A stretch of 64,000 nt of DNA from NCBI GenBank assembly GCA_963833425.1, contig CAWHXP010000008.1:436578-500577 (forward strand), written 5' to 3'. Positions 10,867-21,619 of this stretch are shown in pieces; positions within the stretch are counted from its first letter, which is position 1, and each line of letters starts with the position of its first letter. The stretch comes from an uncultured Methanosarcinaceae archaeon. Lineage in GTDB: Archaea; Halobacteriota; Methanosarcinia; Methanosarcinales; Methanosarcinaceae. Made by a program: the position numbers and the translations under genes. The notes under the pieces were generated by a model, which worked only from the letters and a program-made list of their open reading frames with translations, searched no databases and was not told the DNA's origin.

Positions 10867-11871
10867 TTACATTCCAATAGCTTTATTCATTTTCTCAATT
10901 GATTTTGCGCCATCGCTTTCGAGTTCCATCATGGCCCTGATCGCATCCACGTTTTCTGGAACTACGATGGATTCCTGATGGATTGCTTGGAATAAGTTGA
11001 TCTTCTTCTCAATTACTGTTATGGATTCAGGCCAGATACAGTTCTCCCACATGTCATTTCTGGGGCGCTTTCCCTAACAATTTCAATTATTTCAACTGTT
11101 GAAGTAATCCCCTGTCCTACGAAATGTATCCTAGATTGGGAACCAAAAATTTTCTTGATATCTTCTGCAGTGCAGTCAGTATTAATTTCCATATTTACAG
11201 TATGCAGGTGCATGAGAGTTGTCGGAACAACCAGTGCTGCAGATGTAATATTGATTTGTGGGAGCACAGTCTTTACATCAGGTCCATGGTGGGACGGAAG
11301 TTTCACTGGGTGAAGCACAATTGCATTTACAGGTCACATTTTAATATCATTGGGGTCGATAGCCCTTCTTGCAATAGTTACCTTTACCTTATTTATTCCG
11401 AGTTCCTGGTTTATCGCTGAGATGACCCTGCAAAGCCCTTAAGTGTTACAGGAGACAACTCTTACCACATCTCGGCACAGCTCTCCATCGTAATTACTAA
11501 CTGCATTAAAGGAGAAACCTGCAATCTGATGACTATCACCTCCCTGCCAGATCGCCTTTATCCCGATTTGTTCATAGAGGGGCTTTTATTTGATTCCCCA
11601 ATTTTCCCTGGAGTGCGGTCCACAACCAGGTCAGATTTCTCTAGCATTTCTTCAATAGTCCCAGCTGCTGGCATCCCTGCCTTCTCGAAAGCTTCAATAT
11701 TCTCAACAGGCGCATATAATATCGTACCCTAGTTTATGGCTACTGCCGTCTCATAGTTAGGCTTTGTCTTGGAGATTCCAATAACTTCCATTCATCCTGA
11801 GCCCTAACAGCATCTGCAACTCTTTTTCCAATTGTTCCATAGCCATTTACTGCAATCCTTGCTTTAATCAT
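10867..11871 (-). pseudogene. gap: Archaeal type II glyceraldehyde-3-phosphate dehydrogenase, disrupted
   Basis: MIKARIAVNGYGTIGKRVADAV..., VVSCNT(TAA)GLCR, PSHHGPDV, FQAIHQESIVVPENVDAIRAM; in-frame stops and several frameshifts. Confidence 0.93.
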
Positions 11872-12027
11872 CTGCTACCCAGCCTGTCTAATTTTTGTAT
11901 CGTAGACTTATCCATTTGATGTCCGAATCAAGTACAATATATGTATAGGACAATATATGTATAGGGTCAAATTAGCTCATTAGACAATTAAAATTATTTA
12001 AAAAACATATAAAATCAATTGAACCGA

Positions 12028-12159
12028 CATTCTGCAGATGTATATAGATTTAGAATTTATTTGCCTATTTGGCACTAATGTTCATTGAAAGTTATATCGA
12101 TTCTTGTGCCATTACCCTATTGAGAAAATAGATGGCATTTTGTGTACATCTATGGAAAG
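12028..12159. mobile_element. MITE family B (~130 bp)
   Basis: Ends CATTCTGCAGATGTATA / TGTACATCTATGGAA; reverse-orientation homolog of 33365-33497. Confidence 0.7.
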
Positions 12160-12194
12160 GGGAATAAAATTTAGCAAATTATTAAGACCATTCC

Positions 12195-12261
12195 AATTCG
12201 CGAGTCATTTATATATCATTTATAAGCATATGCCTAAATTTAGGAATTTCTCGAAATCCTC
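12195..12261. mobile_element. Partial IS5-end MITE (family A)
   Basis: CGCGAGTCATTTA core and TTTCTCGAAATCCTC end followed by TTAA. Confidence 0.5.
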
Positions 12262-12350
12262 TTAATTATATTGATCTTCAGAGATTTAGTGCTATAAGCT
12301 TCAATTTTCTGCACTTTCTTTGTAAAGAAGCTTTTTCTTCAATCGCCATG

Positions 12351-12653
12351 TTACTCGATTTTTACATTTACTAATTTTTCTAAAGGCTTTTGGTAAGGTA
12401 CTGTAACTTTAAGTACACCGTTTGAGTATTTAGCAACTGCTTTTTCCGGGTTTACCGGGCAGCAGATCGAATAACTGTCCAGATACTGAACTCCCTCTTT
12501 ACTAGCAGCTACATAAAAACTATCTTCAGTAATCTTAAAAGAGATATTTTTCTTTTCGACTCCTGGAAGTTCTACTTCGATCAGGAAGTTTTCGTAATTG
12601 TCGTCAGGATACGCACAGATAATTGGTGATAATCTCAAAGTGTCTGCCATCAT
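12351..12653 (-). CDS. Small heat-shock protein (Hsp20/alpha-crystallin)
   Basis: IEVELPGVEKKNI and AKYSNGVLKVTVP motifs. Confidence 0.92.
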   Translation of the reverse strand: MMADTLRLSPIICAYPDDNYENFLIEVELPGVEKKNISFKITEDSFYVAASKEGVQYLDSYSICCPVNPEKAVAKYSNGVLKVTVPYQKPLEKLVNVKIE

Positions 12654-12883
12654 ATTACCCCTAAAGATTCATATTTGATCAAGGAAGCCATTAACATTAA
12701 ATTGACTACTTCAGTCTATCTCTGCTTGCACTTACTCCGCAGTATATGCGAAAAGTGAATGTAGCAAAGTCACGATAGAACAAATAACCCTAACAATTTT
12801 AAATATCAAAATTTGAAATATCAAGGTGATAAACCTGGACACATACAAATTTCAATATTATTATCTTGTTAAACTTGTTTGCC

Positions 12884-13108
12884 TTATTTCATCATTTCCT
12901 TGACTTTTTGGATATCAGCCATAGCTTCTTTTTTTATCTCGATCATCTTTTCCATACCAGATATTTTCATTTCTAAAACTTTTATTATTTTATCCATCCT
13001 CATTACTGCAACTTTTTTCTTCTGTTCTACAGTCAGAAGTTCCCACATCTCCGCCATGACTGTCGCCATTATTGGACCTTTTCCTGCTAAGGAATGTTCT
13101 TCGCACAT
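12884..13108 (-). CDS. Small Met/Lys-rich coiled-coil hypothetical protein (74 aa)
   Basis: AAGGAG RBS; a decayed paralog at 52976-53200 supports a real gene family. Confidence 0.8.
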   Translation of the reverse strand: MCEEHSLAGKGPIMATVMAEMWELLTVEQKKKVAVMRMDKIIKVLEMKISGMEKMIEIKKEAMADIQKVKEMMK

Positions 13109-13262
13109 GTTTAAAAATCTCCTTCATCGATAATATTCTCTAAATTTACACCTAAAGAACTAATTAAATATTTTGAGATCTTTTGATCTCCAGCTTCAAT
13201 AAATTGTTTATAAATATTGCATAAGCAATTTATTGCCACCAGATAATTACTACTTCTAGTTT

Positions 13263-13493
13263 TTATTTTAAATTAATGATACAAAATTTAGTTTCAGAAT
13301 AAAATTTACTTTCCAACAACATATTTTAAAACCAAACAACAATATTATATTAATGATATTTTTATTACATTCCAAAGACTTCGTAAATAATAAAAAAATA
13401 TTATTAATATTAATTGTTTTTTGATTGTGAAAAATCTTATACGGGATTATTTTTCGTTTAGAAACTATTTTTCGTACAATTAATTTAAAATAA
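13263..13493. promoter_or_regulatory. Divergent pair of the repeated upstream motif (copy b, minus, 13263-13304; copy c, plus, 13451-13493)
   Basis: Both match GAAACTAWWTTT..GTA..ATTAATTTAAAATAA and point away from each other. Confidence 0.55.
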
Positions 13494-14509
13494 TTGCAAG
13501 CATAATTGTTTATTGTAGAGTAGACTGAATATATCAACAAAAGCGAGAAATAACTGGTAGATTACTGGTAGATTAAAACTGAATAGATTAGAGAGAAATA
13601 ACTAGTAGAGTAGAATTGCTTGGGAGTGCCAATTTCGAATTAAATATGCTGCTGGAGGTATCATATTCGAAATGACTATATCAGCGTAATATAGGAGGCA
13701 CAACTCTTCCAAGCTTTCCTCCATTCTATTTTAATGCATTTGATGTGGCAGCATGCATAATTTTACGCAAAATTGGTTCTCCAGCACTAATATCAGTTTT
13801 TGGTTAATGTTTTATTACCATTAAATACTTGTTTTCTGTTATCCAGTCTTTATTTATAACAGAAATTTCTTGGTTACCACAATTTTTTTCCCTGTGGGTA
13901 TCACGTCCAAATATTTCCAGTTAATTGCATCATATGTACATAAATGACATATAGTAACTAATGAAAATCTGAGTTTATCTAAGTCTTCTAGGCCTTTCTT
14001 GTTTGGAGTGTAGGAAATATTCTCTGTTTATGTTTGCATTCATTTGACCAAATAACACACAAATCAAAGCACTTATTTTTATTGAAAAGGCAAAGTTAAA
14101 CTCTAAAGTGAAAAATTCGGCAGCGCATTAAATTACATGGCCAATTAAAATAAAAAGAGGATGCCCCATATTGCACAAATGTAGAGATATTTTATGGTCA
14201 TGATTTTTCAATATTTCATGGCACAACCATAAATTTAATTTAAAGACAATAAATAGTTTCAAAGAATTCAACAATTGAAGATAGAATAACTAACCAAAAA
14301 TGAAATCTAAAAGAATTTTTAACTTTCATAGTTCCTTTTCAACAACTTTGTACACTACCAAAAAAATGTTATCTGAAATACTTAATTGTATACAGTTAAA
14401 TTGTCAGTATGGAACCTGACTCAAAGAGCAGACAATTAACGATTAAACAGATATTTAAATTGTGAGCAGAAACCAAATCAATTTGATTTAAGTTCCGTGT
14501 TATCTGATT

Positions 14510-15919
14510 TCACTTCCCTTTAAAATATTCACCAATCGCCCTTGCAGCTTTTTTACCTGCACCCATTGCACTGATCACGGTTGCTGTACCTGTGACCACA
14601 TCTCCCCCTGCAAAGACTCCACATTTAGATGTTGCTCCTGTTTCCTCATCTGCAACTACAGTACCCTTTTGATTTCGCTCCAGAATTTCTGAGCCTTTAA
14701 AGACAATGGGGTTTGGAGATGTGCCTATGGCAATGACTACAACATCGACAGGGATAGTGAATTCGGAGCCTTCCACTGGTACAGCAATTCTTCTACCTGA
14801 CTTATCAGGTTCGCAGAGTTCCATTTTGATACATTCGACTGCATTGACATTGAATTTTTCATCGCCAAATATGCGAACAGGGCTTTTAAGAAGCCTGAAT
14901 ATAATACCTTCTTCTTTAGCGTGCGTGATTTCTTCCCTGCGCGCAGGCATCTCGTCTTCTCCACGGCGATAGACTATGTTTACTTCGTCGGCACCCAGTC
15001 GAAGAGCAGAGCGAGCAGCATCCATTGCTACATTTCCACCTCCAACGACTACTACCCTTTTTCCGCACCTGACTCTGGTGTCATATGCAGGATCATAAGC
15101 TTTCATGAGGTTTACGCGGGTCAGAAATTCATTTGCTGAGTATATCCCACTAAAGTTTTCGCCCGGAATCCCCAGAAAGTTAGGAAGGCCTGCGCCAGTG
15201 CCTATGAAAACTGCATCGAATTCGTCGCAGAGTTCATCTAAGGTTTTTATTCGGCCTATTATATAGTTTGGCTTGAATTCAACTCCGAGCTGTTTAATAT
15301 ACTCAATTTCTTGCTGCACGATTTTTTTTGGCAGCCTGAACTCCGGTATGCCATAACTCAGGACTCCCCCGGTTTTATGAAGGGACTCAAAAATTGTAAC
15401 CCTGTGTCCCATTTTTGCAAGATCTGCTGCGGTAGTAAGGCCTGCTGGACCTGAGCCGACAACAGCTACTTTTTTTCCGGTGGATTTCATGATTTCAGGA
15501 ATTTTTCTGCGTGTCTTGTTTTCAGAATCAGCGCAGAAGCGTTCGAGCCTACCGATTGCTACAGGTTGTCCTTTCTTTCCAAGCACGCAGAATGCTTCGC
15601 ACTGAGTTTCTTGTGGGCAAACGCGACCGCAGATTGCAGGAAGTGCATTAGTGTCCTTAATTTTATCAATTGCTCCTTCAAAATCTTCCTTGCAGATCAA
15701 ATCGATAAATCCCGGGATATCGACATTTACAGGGCAGCCTTCGACACACTTAGGCTCTTTGCAGGCGAGGCATCTGGAAGCTTCGGCAAGAGCTTCTTCT
15801 TTTTTGTATCCGAGAGTCACTTCGTTGAAGTTTTTTCTGCGCTCTTCGGCAGGCTGTTCGGGCATAGGAGTCCTGTCTTTTTTTGCATTTCCTGTTTTTT
15901 CTTCACTTATTTCTCGCAT
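14510..15919 (-). CDS. sudA: GltD-like flavoprotein, large subunit of NfnAB/sulfide dehydrogenase (NfnB/SudA)
   Basis: EASRCLAC..PKCVEGCPV and CGRVCPQETQCE Fe-S motifs; GSGPAG and GGGNVAMD nucleotide-binding motifs; overlaps the partner gene. Confidence 0.92.
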   Translation of the reverse strand: MREISEEKTGNAKKDRTPMPEQPAEERRKNFNEVTLGYKKEEALAEASRCLACKEPKCVEGCPVNVDIPGFIDLICKEDFEGAIDKIKDTNALPAICGRVCPQETQCEAFCVLGKKGQPVAIGRLERFCADSENKTRRKIPEIMKSTGKKVAVVGSGPAGLTTAADLAKMGHRVTIFESLHKTGGVLSYGIPEFRLPKKIVQQEIEYIKQLGVEFKPNYIIGRIKTLDELCDEFDAVFIGTGAGLPNFLGIPGENFSGIYSANEFLTRVNLMKAYDPAYDTRVRCGKRVVVVGGGNVAMDAARSALRLGADEVNIVYRRGEDEMPARREEITHAKEEGIIFRLLKSPVRIFGDEKFNVNAVECIKMELCEPDKSGRRIAVPVEGSEFTIPVDVVVIAIGTSPNPIVFKGSEILERNQKGTVVADEETGATSKCGVFAGGDVVTGTATVISAMGAGKKAARAIGEYFKGK

Positions 15920-16779
15920 TTTTTATCTCCTTCTTTTAGTGCAACACACCTGCATTCCTCTTCATACTTTTCTGCAGCTTTTGTCTCTTCACCGCGGTAC
16001 ATAGCAAGCCTATTCATGAGCTCTACAAAATCAACTTTTCGGGCGTTGAATTCAGGTCCGTCAACGCATGTAAATTTCGTTTTTCCGTCAATAGTAACCC
16101 TGCAGCCCCCGCACATTCCTGTTCCGTCCACCATAATTGAGTTAAGGCTGACCAAAATTTCAACATCGTAGGATGAAGCTATGCCAGTTCCTACCTTCAT
16201 CATAATTGGCGGTCCAATAATCACAATTCTTGCAATCTTTTCGCCACTCTCAAGGATATTTTTCATAATCTCGGTTACAAATCCGTGATGCCCTCGTGAT
16301 CCATCATCAGTTGCAATACACAGTTTGGAGCTTACCTTCCTCATTAAATCTTCATGGATGAGAAGATCCTTGTTCCGAGCTCCTATAATTGAAATTACTC
16401 GGTTGCCCGCCTTCGTATAGGCTTTTGCCAAGGGGTAAAGAGGTGCAACTCCTACTCCTCCTCCTACAAGAATAACATTACCGAGATTCCTTATATCAGC
16501 AGGAGTACCTAAAGGTCCAACAAAATCCGCCAGCGAATCGCCTGCTGAAAACTTTGCAAGCTGCTTTGTTGTCTTGCCCATCTCCTGAAAAATTACGGAT
16601 ACAGTTCCTTTTTCTTTCTCAAAATCGAAAATAGTGAGGGGAATCCTTTCCCCAAATTCGTTAAGTCTGAGAATTATAAATTGTCCGGCTTTTGCAGCCT
16701 TTGCCACGTCAGGTGCATCAATAACCATTCTGTGTATCGACGGGGCTATTTCGTCCTTTTTTAGTATTTTATAAACCAT
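15907..16779 (-). CDS. sudB: FAD/[2Fe-2S] small subunit of NfnAB/sulfide dehydrogenase (NfnA/SudB)
   Basis: GERIPLTI, GPLG, GGGVGVAP and MVDGTGMCGGCRV...CVDGPEF motifs. Confidence 0.93.
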   Translation of the reverse strand: MVYKILKKDEIAPSIHRMVIDAPDVAKAAKAGQFIILRLNEFGERIPLTIFDFEKEKGTVSVIFQEMGKTTKQLAKFSAGDSLADFVGPLGTPADIRNLGNVILVGGGVGVAPLYPLAKAYTKAGNRVISIIGARNKDLLIHEDLMRKVSSKLCIATDDGSRGHHGFVTEIMKNILESGEKIARIVIIGPPIMMKVGTGIASSYDVEILVSLNSIMVDGTGMCGGCRVTIDGKTKFTCVDGPEFNARKVDFVELMNRLAMYRGEETKAAEKYEEECRCVALKEGDKKCEK

Positions 16780-17548
16780 GATATCACATTTTCCTGACTA
16801 GATATATATTTTTGAATGAATTACTAGCTAAACGTAATTGTGGTGTCCCCTCTATAGAGCTAAATCCTTTCCACACTTTCTTCCTGGAAGTGCTTCTTAT
16901 ATTGGTTATTGGATATATATTCTTCCAAATAATTTTAATTATTTAGTCTGTTTTATACTGTCAAACGAAGGTTACTGTTGCCAAACGAGGACCTAAGGAC
17001 TTAGATAAAAAAAATACTGTTTGATATCTAGGTACTCTTCATTGAGGAATTCTGTAGACGAAAGTTTTGGGTTATTGGAATAAAGGAGTTTCTGAGGTAA
17101 TAGCAGAGAAGAGATTGCAGAGAACTATTGAAGTTGTTAAAATTATAGCCGAAAAAAATTCGGAGGATATACTTATGTACGCGCTTTGTGAAGTAACCTT
17201 TTTGCAATGATCTTCTACAAGATCACACTAATAAAAGCTATTTTAATATTTAGCATATACAGATAGGGCGAATCAATGGAAATTTGATAGTCCTGCTGGG
17301 AATATCATAATTTCTGCTTAGGAATATACAGGATTAAATTTCTAGAGTCGATTACAAAAAAAATAAAATTATGAAATATGTATGAAGTTCTTTGTCGTAA
17401 ATTATTGGTGGAAAAATTGTAAATTAATGAGGATAGTCATTTGTATACAGAAAAATATAAATTACCTAATTATTACAAAAACTGAACATGTTAACTAACA
17501 AATTTAAATATTATCAAGTAGGATATAAAATACCTAGTGGTGAAATCA

Positions 17549-17899
17549 ATGAAATATGTAATTGCAATGATAAGACCGGAAAAGCTTGATGCTGTTAAAA
17601 ATGAACTTCAGAAAGTAGAAGTAAATGGATTGACAGTGTCATCTGTTTCTGGGTATGGTGCCCAAAGGGGGCATCTTGAAATTGAGAGGTCTAAAGCTAG
17701 AAAATGTGAGGCGAATCTACTTGAGAAAGTTAGAATTGAAATCGCAGTGAAAGATGATTTTCTGCAAGCTACAGTTGCAGCAATAAAAAGTGGATCAAAA
17801 GATAAAGACGGTTATGTTGGAAGTGGAAAGATATTTGTGCTACCACTAGAGAATGTTATAAGAATTCGGACGAACGAAACTGGAAATGGTGCTCTTTAA
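17549..17899 (+). CDS. glnK: P-II family nitrogen regulatory protein
   Basis: MKYVIAMIRPEKL, GYGAQRG, GSGKIFVLPLENVIRIRTNETG; GGTGA RBS; followed by an amt relic. Confidence 0.9.
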   Translation: MKYVIAMIRPEKLDAVKNELQKVEVNGLTVSSVSGYGAQRGHLEIERSKARKCEANLLEKVRIEIAVKDDFLQATVAAIKSGSKDKDGYVGSGKIFVLPLENVIRIRTNETGNGAL

Positions 17900-17904
17900 A
17901 GACA

Positions 17905-18252
17905 TATATAACTATTGGTAACAGCAGATTTTGCGTGGGTAGTAATCCCATCCGCACTTATTATCCATGCTATTAGGCTTGTGTTATTTTATTGTTTATT
18001 TATCCAGCGTAAAAATATATTTAGTACATGATGCATTCATTGTTGCATTGGTGTCATAGCTTAGAACTTGGGTAATAGTAATGTATTCACTTGATCTTGA
18101 ATCTAAGAAATGGTTTGTAGGCTGCTTCGATAAATTATTCTTGCAAAGTATTGCTCATTACTCGATAATAGATACCATTCCAACGAGACATCGTTGCATT
18201 ACAAGTGATTTTTGTAAAAATTACTCATGTTTTCAGATCTGGTGCAATGGTG
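17905..18252 (+). pseudogene. amtB: 5' relic of an ammonium transporter
   Basis: Broken frames give ADFAWVV...GLVLFY...QRKNIFST.MHS...WVIVMYSL...TIP...QVIFVKITHVFRSGAM, matching the Amt N-terminus; directly after glnK. Confidence 0.75.
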
Positions 18253-18712
18253 AGTCTTTTTCATAAGGTTTTAAAAATAGTGAACTTAAGACTCTCTTTA
18301 AGTTTTTCACAAAGCTTGGAGAATAATCTGTTTTCAAATTTGATCAATGACCCTAAGACACGACTTATTGCGAAACGTATTAAATTCAAATCTTACATGC
18401 ATTTGGCTATGTTGTGATGGATTTCTTACAGGAAAACTTATCGGACTTTGAGAGCTGAATCGTTGGCTCCTTTTATAGTCAACCATTTCCTCTCCTACAA
18501 TTTTAGTCTTAAAAAAGGAGGAGTATGGAACCAATACTGTTACTTACTTTGATATTAATTAGAGACTTTATATGTCTTCTGTTATTTACAAAATTTACCA
18601 TTAATGACAATGGAAATTGACTGCGATCAATTAAAATTCAGATAATAAAAAAGATATTTATCATAATTATCTTCTTCGTTTATTACTTATGAGTTCTTAA
18701 AATTATGAACAT

Positions 18713-18766
18713 CAGGCTCTATAGAAATCCTCATTTGATGCAAATTAAGAATTTCTACAGAGCCTG
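18713..18766. repeat. 54-bp palindromic element (19-bp arms, 2 mismatches)
   Basis: CAGGCTCTATAGAAATCCT-N16-AGAATTTCTACAGAGCCTG. Confidence 0.75.
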
Positions 18767-19556
18767 TTTATCTAAGTTTTTTAAAATCCCTTCCTTATTT
18801 TCGGATCTTCCATAAATCAGTAATAAAAAATATTATACTTCATACCAATTTTGTTAATCAAAGTTATTGTGATCACACAACTACAAGCAATTTGGCATAT
18901 TTGCTTTAACTGGCTGGCGAGAAAATAATTAATCAGAATAAAATTTTTTTAGTTGTTTATACAATTTATTCACTTTCTGATTTTCAGCAAAGTTCTTAAT
19001 TTCACCTGGATTTGTACCATCACCCATAGGTAAATATAGGCTCCACAATTACCAATTACTCCAGACTAAAAAACAATGTTTTTTTACCTACTACAAAGCA
19101 TATATATTTTAAATAGTTGAGGATGTAATTTCTTGAAGAAATTCCGATTATATAAAAGAGCATTTATAGCTTGTTTTAGAGACACAATGGTCCATATTAA
19201 GCAACCACTTTTATGGTGCAAAATAGCTTAAAATATTAAATCTGTTAGTCAATAACAGTTAACAAGGAAGTTTTCATCCACACGGCAAGCTGATGAGTAT
19301 TCAATTGGAATAACTAGTATAATTAATCATTAATGGACTTTTAGATTCCAAATAAATTATGTAAAGTAAAAGATGCGTAATCTTCTCTGCCAGAAAAACA
19401 GATGTATACTTATTTTTATTCAAAGTTATAATCTTTTTTATTTGCAATTTTCAATAAAAGAGTCTATCATTGGAATAGGAAGAATTAAGTCTATCTCCTC
19501 AGCATCGAATAAATTCAGAAAATTGAAATTAACATCAAAGTCAGACGCATTAATAA

Positions 19557-19647
19557 AAAAATTGCGATGAACCCCCGAAATGTTGTCACATACTTATTAA
19601 CTGTATGCAAAATGACTCGGAAAAATCAGAAGTTTATAGAAATCCTC
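19557..19647. mobile_element. IS5-end MITE (family A)
   Basis: AACCCCCGAAATGTTGTCA...AAATGACTCGGAAAAATCAGAAGTTTATAGAAATCCTC aligns with 9955-10044. Confidence 0.65.
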
Positions 19648-19797
19648 ATAAATTAATATGCTCTTCATGATAAAAGATTAACATAGTACTAAGATTCATA
19701 ATTCACATGATAATTAGTGCATAAGCTGAGCAAAAAATATTTACCATGTACATATTAAATCTAAAATAGCCCCAATTTTGTAAAAGGAGTAATTTCA

Positions 19798-20773
19798 GTG
19801 CAAAAAGTAAATAATTTCCTTAAAAGAAGAGAAAAACTGAAATCTCTGATCACTTCAGTTCCGATTCGGGGTTTATTAGCAATTCCTCTTATAGATTAAC
19901 CCATTAGCAACATGGAGTGCTCCTTTATTCCAGATATTGGGGATGCTTCAGACCAATTATCTGTTGAAACCCTGGGGAAAACAGATAAGGAAAAATCAAA
20001 AGCTAAAAAACTGAGGATCTTTACTGCAATTCCAGTACTGTTCACAGCCATTGTGAATTTCTGATCTTTTTTGGCAGAATGGGAACAGCTATCTGGATAC
20101 ATATTGGGATCCTAATTTCGCTTACCCTTTCTAATGTATTTATAAAAGACTCTGAGATCCATAAAATACATCAGTCATTGATACTTATTCCGGTTTTGAG
20201 AATAATAAACCTCTCAATGCCAGGTTATTATGAGAGAACGCTTTATCCCTTTATTCTCATGTACGGTATCCTGGCAATTCCTGTAAGTATTGCAGTAACC
20301 AATCAGAAACTGACTCGCACGCAGCTCGGAATGACCTTCAAGAAAATATGGCTCTATTTTCCACTTTCAATATTATTAGGTCTACTTCTTGGAGGAGGGG
20401 AATATCGGATAATCAGGACAACCTCTTTAATTTCAGACCTCTCAATCTTTAACCTCCTGATGCTCAGTATAGTTATGATCTTTTTCGTAGGCCTTGTGGA
20501 AGAGGTAATTTTCAGATCAATCCTTCAGAATCGGCTGCAGATAGCACTTGGTAATGAGTCAGGACTGATAATTACTAGTATTTTATTTGGACTTATGCAT
20601 ACAGGATATGGGAGTATGGGTGAAGTTCTGTACGCATCCTTTGAGGCATATTTGTAGGTTACCTGTTTTACAAAACACACAGCCTTCCTCTGGTTGTGAT
20701 GATTCATGGCTTCATAAATGTCTTTGTTTTTGGAATAATTCCCCTCCTACTTTACAAATACCCGTACTTGTAA
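19798..20773 (+). pseudogene. CPBP/CAAX intramembrane protease, disrupted
   Basis: GLVEEVIFRSILQ, LFGLMH and downstream IHGFINV motifs; stops and frameshifts at both ends of ORF 20079-20657. Confidence 0.85.
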
Positions 20774-20878
20774 GTAAAAACACATAGATGCAACTAAATA
20801 ACAACCCCCTGGTTTTTAGACTGTGAAATGCCAGGAAAAATTTACATATGTATCTATAAATTAAGCACTTAACTCCCA

Positions 20879-21012
20879 CATTCCGAAATTAAAACTTGAA
20901 TGCCATATATTTTCTCAATCATTACAGTAGCTTAAAAATTAATCTAATTTTCAATAAATTATAAAAGGCAAATAAGTAAACAAATTCTACATTTGTATAC
21001 ATCTGTGTAATG
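20879..21012. mobile_element. MITE family B
   Basis: Core TTTTCTCAAT..ACAGTAGCTTAAAAATTAATCTAA shared with the 26467 and 33365 copies; ends TGTATACATCTGTGTAATG. Confidence 0.7.
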
Positions 21013-21619
21013 GAGGTTCGCTAAAATATATCACCATTTTTATTCCATCAATTTACCCCATACACCCCACTATTCCTAATCTTGACTTCCATCTCAACAA
21101 TTACTCAACTAAAATAGCTAATCTTTATCTATAAATAATACTGACCGCTATTTGATCATTTAACTCAAAGACCATAAAAAGATTCGCAAATCTCCTTTTA
21201 CCTTTTTTCCTTTTATTATTATTAACATAGATAACAATATTCAAAAAAAATTTGAGGATCCAATTTATCTATTCTCATTTTCTTCACGAAAAACCTGAGT
21301 AACTGGAGAAGAATGGGAAACTGATTTGTCAAAAAAAATTTGATGAAAGGAAAATTAAAGCTATAAAAGTGAACAAAAGCTACTCACATAAAAGCAACAG
21401 TATGATATTTTATTCGAGAATTCAAATCATATTTGTTTTTTGTTCAGATTTAGTGCTTTACCAATTGCAGTACTTCACTAGCTTGTAATCGATGATTTCT
21501 AAACACATCTATTTCTTTTACTCCACAAAAAGAAGAGGGACAAATGAATGATTCTTTTCACAATAATAATATTTACATATTTATAGACAAATACATCCTT
21601 ATTTACATCTAAAATTAAC

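Noticed and set aside
11934..11965. 16-bp tandem duplication ACAATATATGTATAGG upstream of gap
   Set aside because: Simple slippage upstream of a dead gene; no further evidence.
14706..16171. Antisense and alternate-frame ORFs over sudAB (likewise over mer, pheT, apgM, the MFS and pentapeptide genes)
   Set aside because: Shadow ORFs of well-supported genes.
19270..19305. Degenerate IS200/IS605-like end hairpin (CACGGCAAGCTGATGAG)
   Set aside because: The stem is broken and there is no adjacent tnpA/tnpB.
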